Positions 29,503-39,382 are shown, counted from the first letter of the stretch. The stretch: DNA of 64,000 nt from Bdellovibrionales bacterium (GCA_027317865.1 DAHVQG010000002.1:96001-160000), one strand, 5' to 3'. Numbers and translations: made by a program. The notes: generated by a model from the sequence alone, not told the origin.

Positions 29503-29556
29503 GGCGTTTATCCTACCTCTATAGGCTGAGACTGGCAAACGGACGAAGGATACCCT

Positions 29557-30297
29557 ATGCGCTACGAAAGTCACCTGATCGAAGGCCGGTTTTTAAATCG
29601 CTATAAGCGCTTTTTTGCCAAAGTTGAACTGAGCGAAAATGGCACACGAAAATCAATTGTGGCCCATGTCGCAAATACCGGCAGCCTTCGTGGTGTTTGC
29701 GAAGTGCCGAATCCATGTCGCGTGGCATTTCACGATAATCCGAAGCGTAAGCTCAAGTATTCGCTAGAACAGATTCAAATTGGCACCGCTTGTGTCGGCG
29801 TAAATACGCATCTTGCCAACGATCTCGTTGCTGAAGCGTTTGAAATGAAACTGTTTAAGCATTGGCGTCATCTTGTCGGCATGCAGCGCGAGTTTAAAAT
29901 CTCAGACAAAACACGTCTCGATTTTCGCTTCGAAGACGCCCGCGGCGGTTACCATTTCGTTGAAGTCAAAAGTGTGTCGATGGCCGCTCGGGAACATAAA
30001 AATCCGCAGCAGAAGGCAATAACAATTGCCCAGTTTCCGGATTCGCCGACTGTGCGCGGGCAAAAGCATCTTGAGGAGCTAATGGCGCTGGTTCAACTGG
30101 GCCACAGCGCTGAAATATTTTTTGTTGTGCAAAGAACCGACGCGGAGGCTTTTTCTCCGGCCGAGCAAATCGACGTCAAATATGCCGAACTTTTACGGTC
30201 CGCCCATAAAATGGGCGTTCGCGTTTCAGCCTTTGCGGTGAACTTTTCCGCTGAAGCGGCGGCGTTATTATCTACGCCGCTTAAAATTTTACTATGA
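29557..30297 (+). CDS. sfsA: SfsA family nuclease-like protein
   Basis: RYKRFFA, AHVANTGS, RLDF, VEVKSV and FPDSPTVRGQKHLEEL motifs. Confidence 0.95.
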   Translation: MRYESHLIEGRFLNRYKRFFAKVELSENGTRKSIVAHVANTGSLRGVCEVPNPCRVAFHDNPKRKLKYSLEQIQIGTACVGVNTHLANDLVAEAFEMKLFKHWRHLVGMQREFKISDKTRLDFRFEDARGGYHFVEVKSVSMAAREHKNPQQKAITIAQFPDSPTVRGQKHLEELMALVQLGHSAEIFFVVQRTDAEAFSPAEQIDVKYAELLRSAHKMGVRVSAFAVNFSAEAAALLSTPLKILL

Positions 30298-31110
30298 CGA
30301 TTTCGAAGACGGCGCTTCTGCTGGCGTCGCATCCGACGGTGTAGATTTCAAAATGTGGTCAATCACACGCCTAAAAAATTCATAAGGATACGATCCATTC
30401 ACAATGGCGCCGTTAATCGCAAAACCCGGGGTGCCGGTAATGCCGAATTTTTTCGCCTCCGCCTGATCGTCAGCGATGCGTTTTTTTACTTTTGCACTTC
30501 GAGCTGCCTGTTCGACTTTAAATAAGTTGGCACCGACCTTTTTGACGGCCCTTTTCAAATATTGGTCGCCTTCCATGCGAAACTTATCTTGGTTAGCAAA
30601 AATGAGATCGTGAAACTGAAGCGCTTGAGCATTATTTTGCATGGCTAAAGCTTCCATATATTGCGCAGCAACTTTGCTTTCTGGGGCCAAAATCGGCAGC
30701 TCCTTATAAACGATGCGCACCTTACCGCTATAATTTGCCATGATTTTTTGTAACACCGACTGTTCTTGTTGGCAGTGGCCGCAGTTAAAATCCGCCCACT
30801 CCACAATAGTCACAGGAGCATTGGCCGAACCCCAAATCGCACGATTGGCCGCAATCTTAACCACTTGAGGATTTTTGAGTTCTGATTCGACTTTTTGAAT
30901 GTCCTGGCCGAGAGCTTGATCGAGTTGAACTTTGTGCGCTTCGCTTTGCGCCTTTTCAACAGCGGCAAAAAAACCGCTCGGGTCCGCTTTGATGGCTGAA
31001 AATACAATATCCGGATGCTCTTTCATGGCTTTTTTGAGTTGAGTGGGCGAAGGGCTACAGGCCGCAAGTGCCCAACCGGCCAGGCCGATCAGGATAAATT
31101 GGATTTTCAA
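30292..31110 (-). CDS. DsbA/BdbD-like thioredoxin-fold lipoprotein
   Basis: Lipobox LAAC, ADFNCGHC active site and GTPGF cis-Pro loop. TTG start at 31110 with GGAG SD. Confidence 0.9.
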   Translation of the reverse strand: MKIQFILIGLAGWALAACSPSPTQLKKAMKEHPDIVFSAIKADPSGFFAAVEKAQSEAHKVQLDQALGQDIQKVESELKNPQVVKIAANRAIWGSANAPVTIVEWADFNCGHCQQEQSVLQKIMANYSGKVRIVYKELPILAPESKVAAQYMEALAMQNNAQALQFHDLIFANQDKFRMEGDQYLKRAVKKVGANLFKVEQAARSAKVKKRIADDQAEAKKFGITGTPGFAINGAIVNGSYPYEFFRRVIDHILKSTPSDATPAEAPSSKSS

Positions 31111-31150
31111 GTTGCACTCCTTTGAATGTTCAATAAAACTGTATTTTGTC

Positions 31151-31768
31151 ATGAAAAAACCCGCGCTGTCTATGATGACCTCATTCTTCGTGGCATTCGC
31201 CGCCATGTCGCTTATCGCCAACCGGGCCCACGCGGTTCAATTTATATATTCCAAATTACAAATGAAAAATTATGATCAAATGCGAAATGAAGTTCGAGTT
31301 CGCGTAAGACAAGCTGAAAAAATCAGTGATGCCAATCCTGCTGGAGCCAAAATCGAACTTCAAACGGCACTGGATCTCATTTTTTCTCGACCCACAACCG
31401 GCAATATGGTTTCTGAATTGGTCCCAATGGTAAGAACGCCTCTGAGAAATATGGGCGGTTATCATGTGGCTCTTTCGCACATCGTGAACCAAGCGATTTC
31501 AAACTTAAAAAATAATGACCTCAGCGCGCCCGTGCGCACCACCGGTCTCATTGTTTTAAAAAATGTAATGAGCGAGCTGCGTCCTGATCTTCGCGACAAA
31601 AAAATTCGGGTATTGTTCGTTCGAATTCAAAATGCCCATCTGAAAATTCCTAAAGCTGTCCGATCCGAATTGTTTTTGCGCGGGTCAATCCCCGTTGGAA
31701 TGTCGCCATCAAAAATTGCGGCTATGATCCTGAAGGCAGCGCCGAATTCCCGGGCCGCTTCACGATAG
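31151..31768 (+). CDS. Secreted basic alpha-helical hypothetical protein
   Basis: Signal peptide MKKPAL...AHA from ATG 31151. The mature part is strongly basic. Confidence 0.75.
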   Translation: MKKPALSMMTSFFVAFAAMSLIANRAHAVQFIYSKLQMKNYDQMRNEVRVRVRQAEKISDANPAGAKIELQTALDLIFSRPTTGNMVSELVPMVRTPLRNMGGYHVALSHIVNQAISNLKNNDLSAPVRTTGLIVLKNVMSELRPDLRDKKIRVLFVRIQNAHLKIPKAVRSELFLRGSIPVGMSPSKIAAMILKAAPNSRAASR

Positions 31769-32315
31769 TAAGAACGCTCGCATAAGATCGACCTCTGGCC
31801 GTATGCACGCGGATTTTCAAATGGTTTGTGCCGTTAGCAAGCCGAATATAGTCAGAAGTAATCTCACCGTCGCCAAGCTTGAATAATGTCCCTTGGTTGC
31901 CGTTAGCCAAATTGACGATTCGGCTACCTTGAAGTTCAGAAGCTGCCCCATGGCATTTTTGAATTTTAATGCGCACAAGCCGCGCGACACTTTGACGAGT
32001 TATTGGCGAATGATTACGGCAGGCCACGGATATTGTTTCAAGTTTGGGGTCACGACTTACAGTTGCCCCGCTGACGTTGTCCAATACGACAGGCGACGAA
32101 CCAGGCTGCATGACAGTTCGAGAAACTGAAGCGACCTGCCTTCGCGCCGGCAAATGCGCGCTCACCTGAGCTGGCATCGACGAGGCGTTTGACCAAAACC
32201 AAAGTCCAAATACTACGATTAAAAACACAGTAAACCCTACAATTCCAGAACCGAGCTGGCGAAGAATTCGTACATCCGAAAATGGCATGTATACTGTTTC
32301 GGCTGAAATAGTCAA
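31722..32315 (-). CDS. Membrane-anchored hypothetical protein
   Basis: N-terminal TM, RQVAS linker, Cys pair, and a beta-rich C-terminus (SDYIRLANGTNHLKI). Confidence 0.7.
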   Translation of the reverse strand: MTISAETVYMPFSDVRILRQLGSGIVGFTVFLIVVFGLWFWSNASSMPAQVSAHLPARRQVASVSRTVMQPGSSPVVLDNVSGATVSRDPKLETISVACRNHSPITRQSVARLVRIKIQKCHGAASELQGSRIVNLANGNQGTLFKLGDGEITSDYIRLANGTNHLKIRVHTARGRSYASVLTIVKRPGNSALPSGS

Positions 32316-32335
32316 ACATTTGACTGGACCGAGTG

Positions 32336-33172
32336 CTAATCATTCCACGATAACCCGACCAAGATCAGATTTTGTTTGGGAGTGTACGGGTTCTGATCTT
32401 TGGCGATCGACTGCAGAGTGATGTTCGTACTGAGATTGTTGCCCATGTTTCGGCTCGCGATGAATGTCAGAATTTCATCTTCAAATTGGATATCAGTTTG
32501 CAAATTAACCCTGTGGGTAAGGTCGTACCCAAGCTGTAAGACAGTATTGGCCTGGCCACCAACCTGAAAGTCGAGCGACTTATGAAACTTTTCATGTGGT
32601 TTGGTCAGGCTGATTGTGGCCGTATTCGAGGCCAGTTGGTACCGCATTTGTAGTTTTTCACCTGATTTTGTTTTGTACTCCACGTGGCTCAATTTTTTCT
32701 GTACCTGATAGACCTTACGCAGCGATTTACTATGTTTGAAAAAATTGTCGACGTGATATTCGACCAAAGCATTAAGCATATATTGACCAAATTGCCTTTG
32801 CTCCGTGATGTAATTGTCGACCGGTATGAAATGGTCAGAGACGGAACTTTCAACGTTTTGGTATTGGTTCGACGCCGACTGAATTTGTTCGTACTCAGTA
32901 TAGCCAAAAGTCTTACGGTAATTATTTATGAAATCCTGCTTCAATTTTTTCGTGAAAATCTTATTGTAAAGTTTGGTCGAAACATGCGGCGCCGGCAAAG
33001 GCATGATTACAAATTCGACGCTTGGGTCATTACGCTCACCGCGAACATCTGACAAATAGCCAGGAACCGCGCCATTCGGCGCGTTATCAGCCCATGATTT
33101 TGGGGATGAGCCAATTAAAAGGCCCAAGACCGTGGCTGCGAATATAATTGTCGTTCCGAACCGTTGGCGCAA
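32336..33172 (-). CDS. Secreted hypothetical protein with beta-rich C-terminus
   Basis: TTG 33172 with GAGGAGG SD, signal peptide ending SWA, and C-terminal amphipathic strands. Confidence 0.75.
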   Translation of the reverse strand: MRQRFGTTIIFAATVLGLLIGSSPKSWADNAPNGAVPGYLSDVRGERNDPSVEFVIMPLPAPHVSTKLYNKIFTKKLKQDFINNYRKTFGYTEYEQIQSASNQYQNVESSVSDHFIPVDNYITEQRQFGQYMLNALVEYHVDNFFKHSKSLRKVYQVQKKLSHVEYKTKSGEKLQMRYQLASNTATISLTKPHEKFHKSLDFQVGGQANTVLQLGYDLTHRVNLQTDIQFEDEILTFIASRNMGNNLSTNITLQSIAKDQNPYTPKQNLILVGLSWND

Positions 33173-33415
33173 GGCAAAGACCTCCTCAACAATACGACAT
33201 TTGCAAGCCGGGTTCCAACTCCGCATTTGTAACTATATGAAATAATTAGTCTTTTCTTACACCTGCACAAATCTCTAAAAACCGTTAGTTGGCCCTTGTC
33301 AACGGTTCGACAAATGTTCAACAGTTGTGTTTTTTTCTTGAAATTTCAATTACTTAGCGTGTATTAACGGAATCATTGATGCGCGCAAAATTGTCCCTTA
33401 TGCTTTGGGCCCTCT

Positions 33416-34054
33416 ATGAATTCAAATTTAGAACTTCGGCAGCGAAACGATATCCACTTTTCACGCAAATTTTTTCATGTTGTGGGCGTGGTTTTTATGG
33501 CCGTCCTGTACCACAATATGGTCCGCGAAACGGCCTTAACCGTTTTGATATTGGCATCTCTGGGTGCCGTCGTTTTAGAAATCACTCGGGTCCGGATTGC
33601 CGCTCTCAATCGCTTTGTTATTTCGATTTTTGGCCCTTTGATGCGCGAACATGAAAAGACTAATTGGACCGGATTTACGTATTTAATTCTTGGAGTTTTA
33701 ATCATCGTCGTGCTTTTTCCGCATGATATTGTGACTCTTTCGCTTTTGTTTTTGGCTATAGCTGACCCGGCCGCGAGCTATTTTGGAATTCGTTATGGTA
33801 AAGATCGGTTGTGGGGGCAAAAAAGTTTGCAAGGTTCGATTGCCGCATTTTTTGCGTGTGGTCTCACTTCAATGGTATATTATACCGTCCATCATCTGAT
33901 GCTCGACCGACTGTTGATCGTCGGGATTTTATCTGGTTTAGCCGGCGCAATAGCGGAAGCTGCTCCACTTGGTCAACTCGACGATAATTTAGTTTTGCCC
34001 GTCTTGAGCGCTCTACAACTATGGCTGATTTTTTATGTTTTTGGAGGATTTTAG
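33416..34054 (+). CDS. CTP-dependent diacylglycerol/polyprenol kinase family membrane protein
   Basis: SRKFFH, ADPAASYFG, KSLQGS and DDNLVLP are motifs of the Dgk1/VTE5/dolichol kinase group. Confidence 0.8.
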   Translation: MNSNLELRQRNDIHFSRKFFHVVGVVFMAVLYHNMVRETALTVLILASLGAVVLEITRVRIAALNRFVISIFGPLMREHEKTNWTGFTYLILGVLIIVVLFPHDIVTLSLLFLAIADPAASYFGIRYGKDRLWGQKSLQGSIAAFFACGLTSMVYYTVHHLMLDRLLIVGILSGLAGAIAEAAPLGQLDDNLVLPVLSALQLWLIFYVFGGF

Positions 34055-34057
34055 ATC

Positions 34058-35038
34058 GTGGATACGATGAATGTGACATCCAAAAATTCGGGTTCCGATC
34101 TCGATTCGCGCCGAGCCGCGAGACTCGCTCGCAAACTTCGCCGCCGCCGTTTTTTACGTGAGCGATTGCACGTCAACATTTATGTTCTTCCGAACCTGCT
34201 CACAACCGTGAATATGTTTTTTGGCTTTTATGCGATTATTCAATCGATCGCCGGGAATTACATAATGGCCGCCTATGCGATCGTTGCCGCCGCCGTTTTC
34301 GATCAACTCGACGGCAGAGTCGCGCGTATGACTCATTCCACCAGTCACTTTGGTGCGGAATATGATTCGCTTTGCGATTTAGTGAGCTTCGGCATTGCCC
34401 CGGGGGTTCTACTTTATTTGTGGGCTCTTCACCCCTTTGGCCGTCTCGGGTGGCTCGTCAGCTTTTTCTTCGTGGCATGCGGTGCTCTTCGACTGGCGCG
34501 CTTTAATGTGCAAAAGCAAGTGATGAACCCCGCCTATTTTCAAGGTCTGCCAATCCCCATGGCGGCGGGTATTGTGGCGAGTTCAGTTTTGGCGTTTGGC
34601 GATTTGAATTGGAATGCGTCAGGTTCAAAAATCATTCTCGCGATGACAAGTCTTCTTGCCATTGTGATGGTGAGCACCTTCCCGTACCGCAGCTTTAAAG
34701 ACCTTCAGCTTAAACGCCGACTGCCGTTTCACTATTTGGTTGTTGGCGTCTGTTTGATTGCCGTCATTGCGATGCGCCCCGAAGTCATGCTGTTTGTTAC
34801 CTTTATGATTTATGCAATACTTGGCGCCGTAACAGGAATTTTGCGCCTAGGTCGCGCCCCGAAAATGCTCGCAAGCCCTCGCGAACTTCGCGCGAATGAA
34901 GAATACCTAACCGCACCGGAATTTTACGACGATTTGTCAGATGACGACGCGGACGAAGACGATGAGGATTTTGCCGATGAGGATGAAAACTCTGAAGATG
35001 ACTTGGCAATTGAAAACGAACATGAGGACGAAAAATGA
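34058..35038 (+). CDS. pssA: CDP-diacylglycerol--serine O-phosphatidyltransferase
   Basis: LPNLLT, DQLDGRVAR..S.FGAEYDSLCDLVSFG, ALRLARFN and FQGLPIP motifs. Confidence 0.93.
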   Translation: MDTMNVTSKNSGSDLDSRRAARLARKLRRRRFLRERLHVNIYVLPNLLTTVNMFFGFYAIIQSIAGNYIMAAYAIVAAAVFDQLDGRVARMTHSTSHFGAEYDSLCDLVSFGIAPGVLLYLWALHPFGRLGWLVSFFFVACGALRLARFNVQKQVMNPAYFQGLPIPMAAGIVASSVLAFGDLNWNASGSKIILAMTSLLAIVMVSTFPYRSFKDLQLKRRLPFHYLVVGVCLIAVIAMRPEVMLFVTFMIYAILGAVTGILRLGRAPKMLASPRELRANEEYLTAPEFYDDLSDDDADEDDEDFADEDENSEDDLAIENEHEDEK

Positions 35039-36066
35039 AAATCGGAGTTGTCGGGGCGACCGGCGCCGTTGGTGAAGCTTTCATGGATATATTGGAACGG
35101 CGAAAATTTCCAATCGATGAGTTGCGCGCGTTTGCCTCCGAGAAGAGCGAAGGACTCAATGTAAAATCTTGCGGCCGCGAGTGGCCCGTTCAAAGTTTAC
35201 GTGAGGGTTGTTTTGACGGACTTGATCTCGTGTTTTTCTCGTCGGGCGATAACATATCGCACGAATGGGCGCCTAAAGCAGTAGAATCGGGCGCATTTGC
35301 TGTCGATAATTCAGCTGCTTTTCGCATGAATCCGGATTATGCCTTGGTCGTCCCCGAGGTAAATTCGAATCGTTTACCATCACGAAAGAATCCCACGATT
35401 ATTGCCAACCCCAACTGTTCAACCATTCAACTCGTTGTCGCGTTAAGTGCTTTGCGCCCGTTTGGCCTTACCGATGTGCACGTGGCAACTTACCAGGCGG
35501 TCAGCGGTGCCGGTAAAGCGGGTAAAGAAGAATTACTGGCGCAAACGCACGAGCATCTTCATGCTCAAATGCGGGGAGGTGAGTTTGCGCAAAAGCTGAC
35601 GAATGAGCCCAAAGTGTTCCCGCATGAAATTGCGTTTAACTGTATTCCGCAAATCGGTTCATTTAACGAGAATGGTTTTTGTACCGAAGAAATGAAAATC
35701 GCGAATGAAACTCGAAAAATTCTCGAAATGCCAAAATTAAAGGTAAGCGCTTTTACTGTTCGTGTGCCCGCGCTGAACTCCCATAGCGAAGCGGTTTGGG
35801 TCACTTTCGAGCGAAGGGTTTCAAAAGAAGAAATCATGTCGGCGTTCGAAAAAGGCGCCGGGCTTCGGCTATTTTCGCAGTCGACCGACACCACTCATTA
35901 CCCGACAGCACGAATGGCTTCAGGGGAATTCCCTGTTTTTGTCGGGCGCGTTCATCAAGATTTGAACGATCCGCACACCTGGCTGTTTTGGGTCGTAGCT
36001 GATAACGTCCTCAAAGGAGCCGCACTTAATGGCCTGCAAATCGCGGAGCAAATATTTAAGCAGTAA
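35035..36066 (+). CDS. asd: Aspartate-semialdehyde dehydrogenase
   Basis: VVGATGAVG, DNSAAFRM, NPNCSTIQ, YQAVSGAG and DNVLKGAALN motifs. Confidence 0.98.
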   Translation: MKIGVVGATGAVGEAFMDILERRKFPIDELRAFASEKSEGLNVKSCGREWPVQSLREGCFDGLDLVFFSSGDNISHEWAPKAVESGAFAVDNSAAFRMNPDYALVVPEVNSNRLPSRKNPTIIANPNCSTIQLVVALSALRPFGLTDVHVATYQAVSGAGKAGKEELLAQTHEHLHAQMRGGEFAQKLTNEPKVFPHEIAFNCIPQIGSFNENGFCTEEMKIANETRKILEMPKLKVSAFTVRVPALNSHSEAVWVTFERRVSKEEIMSAFEKGAGLRLFSQSTDTTHYPTARMASGEFPVFVGRVHQDLNDPHTWLFWVVADNVLKGAALNGLQIAEQIFKQ

Positions 36067-36125
36067 CCAGCGGAGACAAACCCTGATTTTTTGACATTTC
36101 AGCCGCCTGATGAAATCATGAACAT

Positions 36126-37664
36126 ATGGATCAAGGGCGGGGATCAAATACAATCTTTTGTCTTGGCGTAAGTTTCGCCCTAACCGTTTTACTATTGGCG
36201 TTTTCGTCGCTTGCATACGCACAGGTCGCCCAATTGACCGGCGTTTCGGGAGCGTCAAATTATTCGATCGGCACCTACAACACCGCCCCTGCGATTTATG
36301 GCGGAGTGGTTGGAAATGAACCAACCCAGTGCGCAAACACGGGCACGCCGGATGGTGTCGATACTTGCGACACATGTATGAGCACGACAACCACGGCTTG
36401 CAATACCAAGCGAATTTATTCGTCACTTCAACTTTCGATCAATTTTGAAATTACCGGTGCGGTTTCGGGATATGCGTTTCTCGTCGTCGACAACAATGGA
36501 ACTTACCAATCTCTTGCTTCTTGGCCTTATTTGTTGGGTCAGGGCTCCGCTGGGACGCTTCAAACAACCTGGGGACAATTATGCGCGGATTTACCTAACA
36601 ATAGCGGTGGCACATGCGAAAGTGCGGCCAGCACGAGCGCAGATACGCTTTATATCGACATCCAACCGGCGTGCGGCGCCGGCGCTACGAATGATTGCGG
36701 CACTTCGTTTAGTGGAACACTTTCAGGTTCCACTCAGTCGATTCAGCTTTATGTTTTAGATCCTGCTGGCCCCAGCTCTGACCAATATAGCCCCACCAAT
36801 AGTTCAACAAATCCGACGTACATGTCGGCTTGCATTAACAATTTGGCATCTACAACCGTTTCGCCGGCCTACGGCTTTTGTGGGTTCACAGCCCAAGCGG
36901 GAGACGGCGAAGTCTACATACAAGACCCCACCGAAAATACGGCTTGCCCGGCCAATGGATTATGGACTGGGGTCCGCGTTTTTTACGAACCGGATAATGG
37001 CTCGAATAATTTTACGACGATTAACTATGGTTCCCCATCCGCCGATTTTTCAATTAACCCGACCAACTGCACTCCTGAAGGGTCGTGGATCGTTAAAGGT
37101 TTAACAAACGGTGAAGGTTATTTCTTTCTCATTTCGATGGTCGACGCGGCCGACAATAATGTGTTTTTGTTAAACGGAAACAATCTACTTGCGGGCAATC
37201 CGAGTACGAATAATGGTGGCGCAGTGCCCGGCGCCGCGTGCCCTTACCCTCAAGACACCGGTTATGTGCAACAAGGCATCAGCGCATACGCCAACTGTTC
37301 GGAATACGCCGTGCCCGGGCAAGTGGTTGGACTTTTACCCGGCGGAGTTCATTGTTTCATTGCCACTGCTGCGTTTGGCTCGCCGATTGAGCCCGTTGTG
37401 AAAACGCTGCGACAATTTCGCGATCAATTTTTGCTCCCCTATCACTGGGGACGTCAATTTGTACGGTTTTACTATAAACATAGCCCCTACTACGCGGTCT
37501 ACGTTCAAGACTTTCCAATTATAAAGCATCTCACACAAGCGGCGCTTATTCCCGTTTGGGGATTCGCGTGGCTCATGTTGAACTATGGCGCAATTGCAAC
37601 CGTACTTATTTTGTTGGGCATCACCACTCTTATCATTTTTGAAATTCGAGAATCGCGCCGATGA
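36126..37664 (+). CDS. Cys-rich surface protein with FnIII-like domain and CFI-box-CTERM tail
   Basis: Signal peptide and a Thr/Ser/Asn/Gly/Cys-rich body. GLTNGEGYFFLISMVDAADN is FnIII-like. CFIATAAFGS...LRQFRD...FVRFYY is followed by a TM and basic tail. Confidence 0.8.
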   Translation: MDQGRGSNTIFCLGVSFALTVLLLAFSSLAYAQVAQLTGVSGASNYSIGTYNTAPAIYGGVVGNEPTQCANTGTPDGVDTCDTCMSTTTTACNTKRIYSSLQLSINFEITGAVSGYAFLVVDNNGTYQSLASWPYLLGQGSAGTLQTTWGQLCADLPNNSGGTCESAASTSADTLYIDIQPACGAGATNDCGTSFSGTLSGSTQSIQLYVLDPAGPSSDQYSPTNSSTNPTYMSACINNLASTTVSPAYGFCGFTAQAGDGEVYIQDPTENTACPANGLWTGVRVFYEPDNGSNNFTTINYGSPSADFSINPTNCTPEGSWIVKGLTNGEGYFFLISMVDAADNNVFLLNGNNLLAGNPSTNNGGAVPGAACPYPQDTGYVQQGISAYANCSEYAVPGQVVGLLPGGVHCFIATAAFGSPIEPVVKTLRQFRDQFLLPYHWGRQFVRFYYKHSPYYAVYVQDFPIIKHLTQAALIPVWGFAWLMLNYGAIATVLILLGITTLIIFEIRESRR

Positions 37665-38503
37665 AATGTTTTTTTGCGCTCTGTCTTTTTTTGGTAACGG
37701 CACTGTCAGCAGCGGGGTTCGCGCAAACAAGTGGTAAATCAAATAAACCCACTCGGGGGTTCGACCTCGGCAGCCACGATTATCATCCCGACATGTCAGG
37801 CATTCCCCGGCCGTCACGCTATAAAGAAAATCCGCTCGCCACAAAAGGGCTCTACAAAATTACGGCCAATGGAGTTTATTATTACCGCGAAAATCTTCCG
37901 CCACCGAATCGCACGGTCTCTGTACGCGTCGGGACGTTTTCGCCAACCAGTCTTGTTAATCCCGATAATTCGAACGCCACTTATTCGGCGATCTATGGGA
38001 CAAACCAATCCCCGATCATCCTCTACGATTATGAGCGGCCATTTTTTCGCTCGTTCGGCCGCTTGGCCTGGAAGCTCGGAACGGGATTATTCGTTGCCCA
38101 GGGTCATGGCATATTTGTTCAGCAAAACCGTGACACCCCACCCGAGCAATTCACGCTGATCGGCATTCCGCTCAGTGCGGGCCTCGTTTATAGTCTGCAA
38201 TTTTCGCGTCTCCAATGGGTTGTACCTTACGCCGAGGCTGGCGGCGATTTTTTTGGCCTCACTGAAATACGTAGCGATAAAGCGGCCGGATTTAGCGGAA
38301 TTGCCGGTGCGCCGACCCTGCATTTTTCATTTGGCGCGCGCGTTCCGCTCGGATTTAATGTGCGCGATTTTCTTGATCTTGCTCGCGAATACGGGATCAG
38401 CGTGATGTACTTAACGGGCGAGTATCGCGACTACATCGGGCTTTCGAACCACTTCGACCTCTCGGGTAGCACCGTTACAGTAGGCGTCGCTGCGGATTAT
38501 TGA
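37661..38503 (+). CDS. Outer-membrane beta-barrel protein (MXAN_2562-like)
   Basis: Signal peptide, VVPYAEAG, EYGISVMYLTGEY and terminal VGVAADY. ATGA-coupled to the upstream gene. Family name is from recall. Confidence 0.7.
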   Translation: MKCFFALCLFLVTALSAAGFAQTSGKSNKPTRGFDLGSHDYHPDMSGIPRPSRYKENPLATKGLYKITANGVYYYRENLPPPNRTVSVRVGTFSPTSLVNPDNSNATYSAIYGTNQSPIILYDYERPFFRSFGRLAWKLGTGLFVAQGHGIFVQQNRDTPPEQFTLIGIPLSAGLVYSLQFSRLQWVVPYAEAGGDFFGLTEIRSDKAAGFSGIAGAPTLHFSFGARVPLGFNVRDFLDLAREYGISVMYLTGEYRDYIGLSNHFDLSGSTVTVGVAADY

Positions 38504-38560
38504 ATTTACGTCGTGAATCGTCGTTGAACAGACGCCTAACAGTCGCTATGGTCGCGGCAA

Positions 38561-39355
38561 ATGAAAACGCGGATCAAGCTTATTCTTCGCTATGACGGGA
38601 CCGATTACGGCGGTTGGCAACGCCAGACTAAAAACACCGGCAAGCCGACTATTCAAGAAACGCTAGAGGACGTCCTTGGTAAAATTTTTGAATCAAAAGT
38701 GCGCGTCGCGGGGTCCGGTCGCACAGACGCCGGAGTGCACGCCGAAGCACAAGTGGCACACTTTGACGCCCCAAGAGCGGTCGATAACATTAACATTGTA
38801 CAGGCGCTCAACTCGATGTTGCCGGATTCAATCGCCGTTTTAAAATCATTTGCCGCTCCCGACGAATTTCATGCGCTATTTTCAGCAACCGGTAAAACCT
38901 ATAGATACGTGATTTACAATGGACCCATCCGCGATCCGCTTCAGATTCGCTATGCCACTTGGATAAAAAAGCCCCTCGACATTGAAATACTCAATCAATT
39001 TTCAAAAGTCCTGATCGGCGAGCATGATTTTAAGAGCTTTCAAACGAGCGGTACCGAAGTCAAAACAACGGTTCGTCAAATCAGCGAAGCCCAGTGGGCA
39101 CGAGGCAGTGGCGCAGACGGCGGACGTCTTCTAGAGTTTCGCATCACCGGCAGCGGGTTTTTGAAACAAATGGTGCGTAATATTGTTGGCACGCTCCTTT
39201 ATCTACATCAAAACCGGGGTACAGCGGGCGATATGAAGAAAATCCTTGAATTCTGCGACCGTAGAAAGGCCAAAATGACGGCTCATCCCGAAGGACTGCA
39301 CCTGCATGCGGTCTATTATCCGCCTGAACTTGACAAGGCCTGCCGTGAACTCTAA
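38561..39355 (+). CDS. truA: tRNA pseudouridine(38-40) synthase
   Basis: YDGTDYGGWQRQ, GSGRTDAGVHA, GEHDFKSF and GFLKQMVR motifs. Confidence 0.98.
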   Translation: MKTRIKLILRYDGTDYGGWQRQTKNTGKPTIQETLEDVLGKIFESKVRVAGSGRTDAGVHAEAQVAHFDAPRAVDNINIVQALNSMLPDSIAVLKSFAAPDEFHALFSATGKTYRYVIYNGPIRDPLQIRYATWIKKPLDIEILNQFSKVLIGEHDFKSFQTSGTEVKTTVRQISEAQWARGSGADGGRLLEFRITGSGFLKQMVRNIVGTLLYLHQNRGTAGDMKKILEFCDRRKAKMTAHPEGLHLHAVYYPPELDKACREL

Positions 39356-39358
39356 AAC
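39330..39358 (+). promoter_or_regulatory. Putative sigma70 promoter of rplM-rpsI embedded in the truA 3' end
   Basis: Perfect TTGACA (39330-39335), 17-bp spacer, then TAAAAC. Confidence 0.5.
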
Positions 39359-39382
39359 TGTCGACTTTACGGAGATATAATA

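Noticed and set aside
31043-31221. Apparent head-to-head overlap of dsbA-like and hypothetical ORFs
   Set aside because: It disappears when the signal-peptide-consistent starts (31110 and 31151) are used.
33227-33415. AT-rich spacer with small palindromes (TTGAAATTTCAA, TTGTC-N8-GACAA)
   Set aside because: It is consistent with an ordinary divergent promoter and I cannot assign a factor or RNA.
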